Below are positions 9,593 to 19,712 of a stretch of DNA of 64,000 nt, piece after piece. The translations under genes were made by a program, and so were the position numbers. The stretch lies in IMG/VR virus record IMGVR_UViG_643886092_000009; one strand, given 5' to 3'. How positions within the stretch are numbered: the first letter of the stretch is position 1; the number at the start of each line of letters is the position of its first letter. The notes under the pieces were generated by a model. That model searched no databases. It saw only the letters and a program-made list of their open reading frames with translations, and was not told where the DNA came from. Source of the DNA: an uncultured virus (IMG/VR IMGVR_UViG_643886092_000009) (lineage: Duplodnaviria > Heunggongvirae > Uroviricota > Caudoviricetes).

Positions 9593-10117
9593 ATGAAAAA
9601 CCCTATCATATTAACTTATAAGAGACATAATACGCAAGTACATGAAGAAACGGTAAATATGAGTATACATGCTACGGAAAGTATGTTAAAAACAATTAAG
9701 CGTGAAGGATGTAAAGGTACAATCTATTTAGCAAACATAAAAGGTCAGCTTTGGGATTCTGTAGATGTGAAGCAAGTAAATGAGTTAGGTACAGTTATTT
9801 TCGAAGAATCAAACTGGGTAACAGCAGGTAATTACATAACAGACTCAATTAAAGATAAGGTGACAATAGAGGACTTACAAAACTATGTAGCAGATTTTAA
9901 AAGAGTGAATTGTTATGAAGATGAGTCAGTAGAAAAGAGGATGAACCATTTATTTAAGCAGACTGATAGGTTAGCAGATGCAATCGCACAAGAGAATAAG
10001 GAACAAGTAAGTAAAGACTTATATTATGCGATGTGGAATCTAATGGATATTGCAAACAAGCTAGGTGTTGATATAAACGGAGAGTGTAAAAAGAGAATGG
10101 AAGAGAAATATGAATAG
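9593..10117 (+). CDS. protein with degenerate MazG-like C-terminal domain
   Basis: IEDLQNYV...LADAI...NLMDIANKLGVDI pattern; catalytic Glu residues absent. Confidence 0.55.
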   Translation: MKNPIILTYKRHNTQVHEETVNMSIHATESMLKTIKREGCKGTIYLANIKGQLWDSVDVKQVNELGTVIFEESNWVTAGNYITDSIKDKVTIEDLQNYVADFKRVNCYEDESVEKRMNHLFKQTDRLADAIAQENKEQVSKDLYYAMWNLMDIANKLGVDINGECKKRMEEKYE

Positions 10118-10128
10118 GGGTAGTTGAG

Positions 10129-10386
10129 TTGAAACAAAGATGGCGTAAAACAAAGAATACAAAGAGTTGGTTATGTGATTTCTGTCAAAACCTTACCTTA
10201 GTAGAAAAAGACTATAAGCCTGAGACATGTTGTGATGGTTACATGTGTGGTTGTTACGGAATGGTAAACAATCCAGTGTTATGTAAGAAGTGTGAAAACC
10301 GTATGAATCTAAATGCAAAACTAAGAAGTAGAAAACTATCAAAACGTGAATTACACAACGTAAAAATAGATGTGTATCTACCATAA
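10129..10386 (+). CDS. Cys-rich putative metal-binding protein
   Basis: CDFC, CCDGYMCGC and CKKC. Confidence 0.7.
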   Translation: MKQRWRKTKNTKSWLCDFCQNLTLVEKDYKPETCCDGYMCGCYGMVNNPVLCKKCENRMNLNAKLRSRKLSKRELHNVKIDVYLP

Positions 10387-10397
10387 AGGGGTAGTCG

Positions 10398-10601
10398 ATG
10401 TATATTTATAAAGGAACGAAATGGGAGAGATTCAAACATAGATGTAAAAAGATAGGAAAAGGTTTCTTACATGTTTTAGATTATATTATATCAGACATAT
10501 TAGTCGATTTACTCTTTAAAGGATTCTTTAGACTGATAGGTTGGTTCTTCAAAGGTATATTAAAAGCATTAAAACATTTAATAGAGCATATATTTGATTA
10601 A
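10398..10601 (+). CDS. hypothetical amphipathic peptide
   Basis: ORF with RBS. Confidence 0.6.
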   Translation: MYIYKGTKWERFKHRCKKIGKGFLHVLDYIISDILVDLLFKGFFRLIGWFFKGILKALKHLIEHIFD

Positions 10602-10614
10602 AGGAGGGGTAGTT

Positions 10615-10800
10615 ATGGAAGTAAGACGTATCAATTCAAAAGACAAACAAGGTATTATTGTTATGGGTACAGGAGTAAGGAGACTGAATTTAGATTTAAT
10701 GAGAGAGCAAATCAAGATAATGAAACAAGATGAAGAAGCAATAACAATTAAGAATGGTTATTTACATCATAATTTACCTAAAGCATACAAAAGAAAATAG
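10615..10800 (+). CDS. hypothetical protein
   Basis: AAGGAGG RBS. Confidence 0.6.
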   Translation: MEVRRINSKDKQGIIVMGTGVRRLNLDLMREQIKIMKQDEEAITIKNGYLHHNLPKAYKRK

Positions 10801-10902
10801 GCATAAACAACATAACTTCCTTAGAGTAACCTCTTAGGAAGTTTGTTTCTTTAAAAGATACTGTAACTATGGAAGAAAATGCTAAGACTAGTAAAATAAG
10901 TA

Positions 10903-10931
10903 TTGATTTTTGGCGTAACTTATGGTATAAT
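10903..10931 (+). promoter_or_regulatory. sigmaA-type promoter of the topoisomerase B gene
   Basis: TTGATT-N17-TATAAT with extended -10 TG. Confidence 0.75.
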
Positions 10932-11048
10932 ATTAGTATAAGGTTGAAAGAGTAAGTCTGTTAAAATTTTTCGAGGTTAAATGGGTTAACGTTAAATTTT
11001 AGTCAGACGGAATTATATAGAATGTAGAAATTTTAAGGAGTGATTCTT

Positions 11049-13220
11049 TTGTCACAAAACTACGGTAATAATAGTATAGACAGTTTAGAGGGTGCGGAAC
11101 GTGTACGTAGACGTCCTGCGGCGGTATTAGGTTCTAGTGGTATTGAGGGTGCTAGACATGGTGTAACTGAAATTGTAGGTAACTCTGTAGATGAAGGAAC
11201 AGCAGGGTTCGGCTCAAAACTAGATATTAATTACTTCAAAGATGGAAGTATCTCTATTAGAGACTATGGTCGTGGAGTACCAATGGGGTATAACGAAAAC
11301 AAAGGAATTTCAAACTGGTTCTTAGTTTTCAATGAAATGTATGCAGGTGGTAAATATAAAGATTACCAAGAAGAACTAAGAGCAATTAAAGACTGGTCTA
11401 CATTTAATCCAACTGATTATAACTACTTGTTCTCAATTGGTCTAAACGGACTTGGTGCGGCATCAACCCAGTATACGAGTGAGTTCTTTGAAGCAATCTC
11501 TATTACAGACGGTATTGCAACTAAAATGGAATTCCGTGGTGGATATCCTATTTTAAAAGATGCAAACGGTAATGAAGTACATGCAATCATTGGTGAAGAG
11601 AGACTATTAGAAGAACATGGTATCGTATTAAAAGAATACGTAGCAGAAACTTATGAAACAGAAGAGGAAAACGGTACATACATTCACTGGAAACCAGATA
11701 TTAGAGTATTCTCTGATGTTGATATCACACTTGGTTGGATTAAAGACGTATGTGAGTCTGTAGCATATATTAGTGGTTTAGATGTAAACCTATATGATGA
11801 AGCAACAGATACAATGCATGAATATCAAAGTGGTACAATCAGTGATTTAAACTTAATTTTAAATGAGAAAAACTTAGTAAATGAGGATTCTCCTTCTGTA
11901 TATGAAGACAATGATATTACACATGGTAATGTAAAACAAAATAATGAAAACTTCATTTATGTATTTAAAGCTGATGTATCTGTAGTAAGAACAAGAGAAA
12001 AAGGTAAAACTGTATGTTTCCACAATGCAATTAAAATGAAGGGTGGAGCGCAATATCGTGCAGTTGATTCAGCAGTAGCAGACTTTGTAATCGGCTTAGG
12101 AAACACAAAAGGTGTAAAAGTAGTCGAGCGTGATTTCGAAGGAAAATTAGGGGTAGTCGTTAAGAGTTATTCAAACGTTGCTTCTTATAAAGGTCAAACG
12201 AAAGACGAAGTAGATGATAACTTTATCTACCGTGATTTAAAAACTATCATTTACAGACTTATTAATACAGAATACCATAAAGGTAATAAAGACATCATTG
12301 AGTTTGTTGATAAGGTACTTGAAGAAGCTGAACTACGTATCACTTTACAAGAACAAGCTAAAATGTTACGTGAAGTTAAGAAAACAAGTCGTACTCGTAA
12401 ACTACCTGAGAAGTTTTTACCTTCAAAACTATTTAAAGAAAAAATAGTAAAGAAGTCGGAACTATGGATTGTAGAGGGTGACTCGGCTAAAACTTCTGTT
12501 AAGAATGCACGAGACCCTCTATTCCAAGCGATTTACGCTGTTAGGGGTAAAGTAACAAACGCCCTAAAAGCTTCATTTAAGAAGTTAATGGAGTCAGAAG
12601 AGATTCGAGACATCTTTTCACTATTAGGAACTGGTATGGATGTAGAACTGTTAGATGATAATGAGTTCGATATTGATGCTTGTCGTTTTGAGAAAATTAT
12701 TATCGGAACGGATGCCGATGAAGATGGATATCAAATTCGTGTGTTATTATTCGTAGTCTTTTGGGTTCTTGCACCTGAGATTATCAAACGTGGTATGCTT
12801 TATATTGGAGAAACACCAAAATTCGGTATTAAACTATCAAATGGTGAAATGGTATATGCTATCAATGAAGTTGATAAAGCAGAACGAGAAAAGGAATATG
12901 CAGGTCAGATTGTAAAAGTAGAGCGATATAAAGGTTTAGGTGAAGTAAACGCTGATGTATTAGGGTTCACTACACTAGCCCCTGAAACTCGTAATTTAAT
13001 TCAGATTAAATTAGACCCTGCTGACCACATTTTATCCGAGTTTGTTGAAACATTATTCGGTAAAGACCCGTATAAAAAGCGTAAAGAAACAATGTTACGT
13101 GTATTGGGTAGTGATGCAATGGATATGTTTAATGATACAGACGAAAAAGAAGAATTTAGCATTGTAGATGTTTTAGATGCAGACGATGTAGAAGAGGAAA
13201 ACGAATTGGAAGTCATTTAA
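11049..13220 (+). CDS. gyrB: type IIA topoisomerase B subunit (GyrB/ParE family)
   Basis: GHKL motifs EIVGNSVDE, DYGRGVP, GLNGLG; TOPRIM IVEGDSA and TDADEDG; RYKGLGE; TTG start after AAGGAG (GTG at 11040 is the alternative). Confidence 0.92.
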   Translation: MSQNYGNNSIDSLEGAERVRRRPAAVLGSSGIEGARHGVTEIVGNSVDEGTAGFGSKLDINYFKDGSISIRDYGRGVPMGYNENKGISNWFLVFNEMYAGGKYKDYQEELRAIKDWSTFNPTDYNYLFSIGLNGLGAASTQYTSEFFEAISITDGIATKMEFRGGYPILKDANGNEVHAIIGEERLLEEHGIVLKEYVAETYETEEENGTYIHWKPDIRVFSDVDITLGWIKDVCESVAYISGLDVNLYDEATDTMHEYQSGTISDLNLILNEKNLVNEDSPSVYEDNDITHGNVKQNNENFIYVFKADVSVVRTREKGKTVCFHNAIKMKGGAQYRAVDSAVADFVIGLGNTKGVKVVERDFEGKLGVVVKSYSNVASYKGQTKDEVDDNFIYRDLKTIIYRLINTEYHKGNKDIIEFVDKVLEEAELRITLQEQAKMLREVKKTSRTRKLPEKFLPSKLFKEKIVKKSELWIVEGDSAKTSVKNARDPLFQAIYAVRGKVTNALKASFKKLMESEEIRDIFSLLGTGMDVELLDDNEFDIDACRFEKIIIGTDADEDGYQIRVLLFVVFWVLAPEIIKRGMLYIGETPKFGIKLSNGEMVYAINEVDKAEREKEYAGQIVKVERYKGLGEVNADVLGFTTLAPETRNLIQIKLDPADHILSEFVETLFGKDPYKKRKETMLRVLGSDAMDMFNDTDEKEEFSIVDVLDADDVEEENELEVI

Positions 13221-13238
13221 GACTTCCTTTTCTTTTTA
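13208..13238 (+). terminator. intrinsic terminator
   Basis: GGAAGTC / GACTTCC followed by a T-tract. Confidence 0.7.
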
Positions 13239-13318
13239 TATAAATCATAAGAGACGAAATAAAATAATCGTAACTTAAATATAATAGTATGATTGTTTGA
13301 AAAACTTATGTAACTTGG

Positions 13319-13347
13319 TTGACAAATGGGTTGTTTTATGGTATAAT
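13319..13347 (+). promoter_or_regulatory. sigmaA promoter of the topoisomerase A gene
   Basis: TTGACA-N17-TATAAT with extended -10 TG. Confidence 0.85.
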
Positions 13348-13497
13348 AGTAGTATAAATAAGAGCAGAAGTTTGTTTTCAAGCTAAAAGAGGGGTAGGTA
13401 ATCTCTCAAACGGTTACATATAGAAACTTGGAGTATAGAAAAAGAAAAGGAAACTAGAGTAAGAGTCTAGTAGTAAACAAGATTGGAGTTGTTGTAA

Positions 13498-15735
13498 GTG
13501 GTAAAGGAATTACATGATGCTGAAAACTTCACATTAGAAGAGAAAGACATTGATAGTTTAACAGAAGAGGATTTATTTAAACTGTTACACTTGGAAAATA
13601 CAAAAGGTTCAGACGTGCATAATTCGGGTTTTCAGTACCTAGTTAGAGGTTACATTGATTATGCACGAGAAGTATTAACAAACCGTGCTTTAGAGGATAT
13701 TCGAGACGGTTTAAAACCAGTACAACGCTATGCATTATATTGGATGTTTAAAGAGAAAGCCAAAGACATGATTAAGTCAGAACAAGTCGGAGCAGGGGTA
13801 CTAAAGTATCACCCTCATAATGCAGACTCGGCTTATGAATCTCTAACAAAAATGGTAGAATCAAACGGTACATTTTACGTTCCACTTTTAATTGGTAAAG
13901 GTGAACTAGGTAAAAAGTTCTCGAACGGTAGTCCAGCCGCATCACGTTATACGTCAGTTAAGTTCCATGAAAACGCAAAAGAAATGTTTACCGCAATGGA
14001 CGGAATTGATATGGTATGGAACTTTGATGATACAGAACGTGTTCCTGAGGTGTTACCTGCATCTGTACCTTACATCTTAATGAAGTATGCAGACGGTATC
14101 GCAGTTGGTTTCTCTACGAAATCACCATCATTCTTACCACAAGATGTAACAAACCTAGTACGTGAGTACATTAGAGACGGTAAATGTTCTACTATGATTG
14201 TACCAGACTTCTCAACTGGTGGCTTCATTTCTTATACAGAGAAAGAGTTAGAAAAGTTAATGAAAACTGGTAAAGGTAGTTTCATGACTCGTGGTAAAGT
14301 ATTTATAGACGGTAAAAACATCGTAGTTACAGAAGTACCACAAGGGGTAACAGTCGAAAAGATTATGAAAGAAATTGAAAAGGCTGAGATTCAAGGTATT
14401 ACACCAAACGGCTATAGTGATTTAACAGGTAAAGATGGTTGTTACTTTGAAATCACTTGTCGTGCGAAAAACCGTGTACAAGAAGTATTAATGGAGTTAT
14501 ACACAAAGACTTCATTACAAAAGAAATTCAACTCAAACCTGTTAGCAGTAGAAAGCAAAAAACTAGTTATCACAGGGGTATGGGGTATTATAGACCGTTG
14601 GGTAAAATGGCGTAGAAAAGTTTTAACTCGTCAAACTCGATTAGATTTAGCTAAGTTAGTAGAAAGTGCAAAATACACAAAAGGTTTCATCGACTTACTA
14701 GCAATTGAAGGTGCTAGAGACGAGATTGTAGAACTTACTACTAAGAAATCAGACAATGATGCTATCAAGCGTATTCAAGAGTACATTCAATGTGAACGTG
14801 ATGTTGCGGAATGGATTATCAAACGTAGATTAAACCAATTCCGAAATGATAATAAGTATATTAATCAATATGCAAACTATCAGATTGAAATTGCTAAACT
14901 AGAAAAGTACCTAGAAAACATTGATACGTTAATTCTAGAAGATATGGATAGATTTGATTTATTAGTATCTAAGAAACACGAACGTAGAACTGAAATTACA
15001 AACAAGGTATATGAAGTAGAAACAGTAAAAGAGGATGAAATTGAGATTCCTGTAAGTGAGTGTTACTACCAAATTAAAGATGGATTCTTACGTAAACTTC
15101 ACGTTAAACCAACATCAGGTGAAGGAATCATCTTTGAGGGGTATACAAACTCTACTATCATTGCTTTATCTAGTGAAGGTGAAATCTTCCGTATTTACGG
15201 AAACGATATTAATTACCTAACAGGAAACGATATCGGAACTTACATTCCTACGTATTCCGGTTTAGCAAATGCTCAACATGTACAACTGATTTGGGCAACT
15301 GTATGTGATGAGAAGAAATATGTATTAACATATGAAGACGGATTTGTTGGATTCCTAGATACGGCTGAGTTCCTAGTAGGTGCAATTAAGTCTAAGTACT
15401 TACGAAACGGTATTTCAGCACATGCGGACAAGCTAACAGACGTGAGAGAGTACCAAGAAGATTCTGTTATCGTAGTAGAAACTCACGACAAGTTATATGC
15501 TTGCGCTCATCTAGACAGCATTAAAATGAAGTCTAGAACAGCAAGAACTCGTGTATGGTATACGGATAACCTATATGATTCAGCAATTATTCCAATGAAT
15601 GAAATTTCAAAACGTGTTCCGAATTACATGACCCTATTTAATAAGAAGCCAGTAATGTATAATGGTGAAATGAACCTATGGGGTGAAGTAAGGGTATACG
15701 AAGAAAATTCAGAGGAACTATTAGCAAGCAGTTAA
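13498..15735 (+). CDS. gyrA: type IIA topoisomerase A subunit (GyrA/ParC family)
   Basis: RALEDIRDGLKPVQR, KYHPH, catalytic AASRYT, GIAVG, PDFSTGG; no recognisable GyrA-box. Confidence 0.92.
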   Translation: MVKELHDAENFTLEEKDIDSLTEEDLFKLLHLENTKGSDVHNSGFQYLVRGYIDYAREVLTNRALEDIRDGLKPVQRYALYWMFKEKAKDMIKSEQVGAGVLKYHPHNADSAYESLTKMVESNGTFYVPLLIGKGELGKKFSNGSPAASRYTSVKFHENAKEMFTAMDGIDMVWNFDDTERVPEVLPASVPYILMKYADGIAVGFSTKSPSFLPQDVTNLVREYIRDGKCSTMIVPDFSTGGFISYTEKELEKLMKTGKGSFMTRGKVFIDGKNIVVTEVPQGVTVEKIMKEIEKAEIQGITPNGYSDLTGKDGCYFEITCRAKNRVQEVLMELYTKTSLQKKFNSNLLAVESKKLVITGVWGIIDRWVKWRRKVLTRQTRLDLAKLVESAKYTKGFIDLLAIEGARDEIVELTTKKSDNDAIKRIQEYIQCERDVAEWIIKRRLNQFRNDNKYINQYANYQIEIAKLEKYLENIDTLILEDMDRFDLLVSKKHERRTEITNKVYEVETVKEDEIEIPVSECYYQIKDGFLRKLHVKPTSGEGIIFEGYTNSTIIALSSEGEIFRIYGNDINYLTGNDIGTYIPTYSGLANAQHVQLIWATVCDEKKYVLTYEDGFVGFLDTAEFLVGAIKSKYLRNGISAHADKLTDVREYQEDSVIVVETHDKLYACAHLDSIKMKSRTARTRVWYTDNLYDSAIIPMNEISKRVPNYMTLFNKKPVMYNGEMNLWGEVRVYEENSEELLASS

Positions 15736-15839
15736 GTGTACATGGTACAGATAAGATAAATGAATTTTACAGAACAAACAAGAAGAGACTGGATTGAAAC
15801 GAGTCCAGTTTCTTCTATAAGTTAGAAAGGGGTATTGAG

Positions 15840-16505
15840 TTGTTATTAACGGTAGAGCAATTAGTTGGAAGTAAGAATGAGTTAGAAGCTACTACCTTAG
15901 ACTTAGGTGAAGTCAATAAGTTTACAGGTTCAAAAGAGTTAAACGATTTACTATTTTCATCTTTGCAAAATATATTCACAAAGAATGGGGTAATTGATAC
16001 AGTAACTTCTAAGAAAGAAGAAGTATTAGATTACCGTACAAGAGCAACGAATAGGTTTGTATTACGAGTAGATAAAGAGCAGTTTGAAACAAAGTCAGCT
16101 ATCTTTGTAACAGATGAGCATGTTATTAAGAACGATAAAGCAAAAGAGAAACAACATACTGGAAAAGAGATTGAGTACAATATTTTAACATTAATTAAGA
16201 AGTATGAAGACATGTTTGATATTAAGCAGTTAAGTGACCAAGAGTACAGACTGATTAGTATACTAAATGTCATAATGTTAACAGAAGCAAGTTTTGTTGT
16301 ATTCGGTATGGAAGCTACAGATATGCATGAAAACTTATTACTTATGATAGAAGATTATAAAGAGAATAGTTTAAACTGTAAATTAGAAACAATTATCTTT
16401 TATGAAAATGAAGACAATCGTATTGCATATGGTGGGATTAATGAGTTTTCAACACATAAAGTAAAGAGTCCAAACCAATATGAGAAGTTTTATAAGAGCG
16501 TATAA
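15840..16505 (+). CDS. hypothetical protein
   Basis: 221-aa ORF with RBS. Confidence 0.75.
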   Translation: MLLTVEQLVGSKNELEATTLDLGEVNKFTGSKELNDLLFSSLQNIFTKNGVIDTVTSKKEEVLDYRTRATNRFVLRVDKEQFETKSAIFVTDEHVIKNDKAKEKQHTGKEIEYNILTLIKKYEDMFDIKQLSDQEYRLISILNVIMLTEASFVVFGMEATDMHENLLLMIEDYKENSLNCKLETIIFYENEDNRIAYGGINEFSTHKVKSPNQYEKFYKSV

Positions 16506-16595
16506 AGGTTAAGTAAACAGATAGATAAATAGGCGAACAGCGATAATAAAGAGATAAAACTAGGCAATGTTTTAAGTTTGAAAGGCGGTAGTATT

Positions 16596-18041
16596 ATGGC
16601 ATTAGAGCCTACAGAAAGACTGGAGTATTTTTCAGACATCATTTTAAGCAGAATGTTAACATCAAGTGATGATAGAGACTTGATTATTACACAATTACAA
16701 CCTGAGGTATTTACAAACGAGAATTTCTTAATCTATTCCGTTATGTATAGCTTCAAAGACAGGGGTATTGTTCCTGATAAAGAGTTTTTAAATATGTATT
16801 TATCTCGTAATACGAAATTAATTACACAAAACCCACAAAACATAGAAGCTGATTTATTTAGTGATACAGGGGATGATGTAGTAAGTTCATTTATTAGTGC
16901 TACAATAAACAAGTTAGTAAGACTACAGGGTGAAGACTATTCAAAACAAAATATAGATTTAATATTAGAAAAGTTCCGAATTGATTTCAAAACTATATAC
17001 CAAACAAAGGTGTTAGACGGTGCGAAGTTAATTCTAAACGATAAGCTACAAGTAGGGTATAAAACGTATAGTGGTCAAGAAGATAGTGATTTATACTATC
17101 AAGAACAAATGACGAAACTGAATACATTAATCAACAGTGATGCAAGTGAAGGTTTCGTAGATGATACAATAGACGGTATGGATGATTCATCAAGAGTTAT
17201 GCCTGTAACTGTTAGTGACTTCCACTACTTAGATTTCTTAAACAAACATTATGGCGGTATCAAAACTGGTTACTTCTATAACATCATGGCTCCACCTAAG
17301 AGTGGTAAGTCTAAGTTCTGTTATAGAGCGATTCATACCGCTAGGGTTAAGTATGGCGTAAACTGTGGATTCTGGGCAAACGAGGGTGGTCGTAAAAAAG
17401 CCCAAGCAGAAATGAGAGCAATTCACTTTGATTACTATTACAATGAGAAACAAGGGGAAGATTATGCTCAACTATCAGGTCAAGATATCTTAGATGATAA
17501 TTTCCCTTCACAACAATATCGTGAGTTAGAAGCAATTAGTCGAGCAGACTTATTTACAAATCCAAACCACGGTAAAGTTATTTTCATTGAAGAACCTTTA
17601 GAGATTGAACATTATATTCATCAATTAACATTAGCAACAAAGCGTTATAACTTAAAGTTAATCGTAGTCGATTACCTACAGTTAATGGGTAGTAAAGGTA
17701 ATAAAATGAGTAAGAATGAGCGTATCGGTGTTGCATATCAGCAAACCCTAGCGTTCATCGGTAAGTATCAAGTAGCGTTTATCAGTCCTTCACAGTTCAA
17801 ACAGGAATTCTTAAAAGAGATTGATAAGGGTGGAGACGTAGATACTCGATTAGGTGGCGGTGAGTCAGCAGAGATTGTACGTACTCCCGATGTAAACATA
17901 GCCTTATACGGTACACCTACCGATATTGACAATAATAAACTATCCTTACTAAGTATCCCTTCTCGTGTAGCTAGACCATTTGAGAAGCGTGATATCTATG
18001 TGGATTTGGGGTATTGTTTCTATTCAGATATAAATTGGTAA
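16596..18041 (+). CDS. dnaB: DnaB-like (SF4) replicative helicase
   Basis: Walker A APPKSGKS, Walker B IVVDYLQLM, SPSQ motif. Confidence 0.85.
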   Translation: MALEPTERLEYFSDIILSRMLTSSDDRDLIITQLQPEVFTNENFLIYSVMYSFKDRGIVPDKEFLNMYLSRNTKLITQNPQNIEADLFSDTGDDVVSSFISATINKLVRLQGEDYSKQNIDLILEKFRIDFKTIYQTKVLDGAKLILNDKLQVGYKTYSGQEDSDLYYQEQMTKLNTLINSDASEGFVDDTIDGMDDSSRVMPVTVSDFHYLDFLNKHYGGIKTGYFYNIMAPPKSGKSKFCYRAIHTARVKYGVNCGFWANEGGRKKAQAEMRAIHFDYYYNEKQGEDYAQLSGQDILDDNFPSQQYRELEAISRADLFTNPNHGKVIFIEEPLEIEHYIHQLTLATKRYNLKLIVVDYLQLMGSKGNKMSKNERIGVAYQQTLAFIGKYQVAFISPSQFKQEFLKEIDKGGDVDTRLGGGESAEIVRTPDVNIALYGTPTDIDNNKLSLLSIPSRVARPFEKRDIYVDLGYCFYSDINW

Positions 18042-18055
18042 TAAGTAATAAAACG

Positions 18056-18125
18056 AGTCTTAGTTTGTTCCTAACCAAAATGTGTATAAAATTGTACATA
18101 GGTAGAGCAAGCTAAGACTTTTCTA
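18056..18125 (+). terminator. long hairpin / terminator
   Basis: AGTCTTAGTTTGTTC / GAGCAAGCTAAGACT followed by TTT. Confidence 0.6.
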
Positions 18126-18134
18126 TTATTTATC

Positions 18135-18208
18135 TAACTTCACTACCTTTCCATTGTCTAGTGGTATTCAAAGTAAATATAAGATTTTTAATCAAGAATT
18201 TAAGAAAC
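18135..18208 (+). repeat. dispersed fixed-spacing motif, copy 2
   Basis: TAACTT-N14-TGTCTA-N20-AAGATTTTT...AAGAAAC. Confidence 0.55.
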
Positions 18209-18371
18209 AATAAGGTAGATTAGATGTGAAGTTACTGTATAACTTTTCCTCTAGACCAAAACAAGTTCAATAGGTTATAAGTTTTATATTTATTTTGAAG
18301 GGGTATAAGCACTACATACCTGTTCAAATAAGATATATGTAATCAAAACGAATAGAAGGGGAGACTAAAAG

Positions 18372-19043
18372 ATGTCTAAAACAAAACCTGTTTTAAATCC
18401 ACAAATGATTGAACAAATCAATGAAAGAACAGCTAAGTTACCTGAGAATGAGCAGTTCTTAATTGCAAACTGTATTCAAAACTTATTAAACGGCTCTAGT
18501 TGGGGCTTTATGACAAAAGAAATGGTTGAAGCTTATGGAGACCCAATGAAGTTTAATAATGAACTTACAAAAGTATATTCATTAGCTCCTAAACCATCAA
18601 AACGTGCAGGGAAAACAAATCCAGTATACATGGTAGAATCAAACTACCAAAACGCATTAACAACGTTACAAAAGGTAGTTCCAGGCGTTGTAAATAATGA
18701 GTTTGTACAAGAGTTTAAAGACGAAGTACAAGATAGTATTGAATCATTTAAGAAGTTCTATGCAAAAGCTTCTAAAGAAGGTTTCCAAGGAATCATCGGT
18801 TTTAACTCTGTAAATAAAACAGAAACAATGACTTTCAATGGAAAACGTGAAAGAGCATTCCAATTACCATTATCAGCAGTGTTAGGTCTTATGAACGATA
18901 ACAACACTCGCCTTAACTTAGGTGGAATAGTAACACCTTCACAAGTAAAAGCAAACTTCGAACAGTACGCAAGTAAATTACTAACAAGTGAAGGCTCAAC
19001 AGCGGTTGTTGTTCAACTTGTAATTCGAGGAACAGGTAAATAA
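18372..19043 (+). CDS. hypothetical protein, family B copy 1
   Basis: WGF and FQGIIGFN motifs shared with the next gene. Confidence 0.8.
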   Translation: MSKTKPVLNPQMIEQINERTAKLPENEQFLIANCIQNLLNGSSWGFMTKEMVEAYGDPMKFNNELTKVYSLAPKPSKRAGKTNPVYMVESNYQNALTTLQKVVPGVVNNEFVQEFKDEVQDSIESFKKFYAKASKEGFQGIIGFNSVNKTETMTFNGKRERAFQLPLSAVLGLMNDNNTRLNLGGIVTPSQVKANFEQYASKLLTSEGSTAVVVQLVIRGTGK

Positions 19044-19110
19044 GTAACAAAAGCAGACCCCTATTAGTGTAAAAACTAGTAGGGGCATCTCTGTAAAAGG
19101 TGGTATAATT

Positions 19111-19689
19111 ATGATAACTCCATTAGAATCATTCGTACTTACACATATGGGTGAAAACTTCATGGAAGGTGCGAACTGGGGATTTTGTCCTCCCGAAGAC
19201 TACGAAAGACATTTACCAACATTCCAAAAAGAAGTAGTTGGGGTAGCAAACTTTAGTGTCTTAAAAAGTCGAGGTGGTATATTAATTGAAGTAGAACCAA
19301 ACTTCTTAGTACAAGCATTATCTAAGCTACCAAATGTAGGTTTTGATAATGAAGACTTGAAGAGTGCATTAGCTGAACGTCAGTTAGCATTAGTACAGTT
19401 TCGTATATGGATTGAGAATAACTCATCATATCAAGGCTTCCTTGGTATCAACGAAACAACAGACTCCAAATCCGTAACCATCAGTCAAGTTCCGTATCCT
19501 TCCTTCAAAGTTGGGGTAGACACATTCTTCCATGAATTTATGAATTATAAAGTACAGTTCCTAAACAACAAGAACCAATGGCAATACTTTGATAGTGGTA
19601 TGGATAGACAAGAATTTATTAATGCTTGTTCTATCTCACCTACAAGAAACTGTATGGTAATTCCAATAAAGATTGAAGGTAAACGATAA
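19111..19689 (+). CDS. hypothetical protein, family B copy 2
   Basis: WGF and YQGFLGIN. Confidence 0.8.
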   Translation: MITPLESFVLTHMGENFMEGANWGFCPPEDYERHLPTFQKEVVGVANFSVLKSRGGILIEVEPNFLVQALSKLPNVGFDNEDLKSALAERQLALVQFRIWIENNSSYQGFLGINETTDSKSVTISQVPYPSFKVGVDTFFHEFMNYKVQFLNNKNQWQYFDSGMDRQEFINACSISPTRNCMVIPIKIEGKR

Positions 19690-19712
19690 ACCGGAAAGGG
19701 GGTTTAGTTGAA

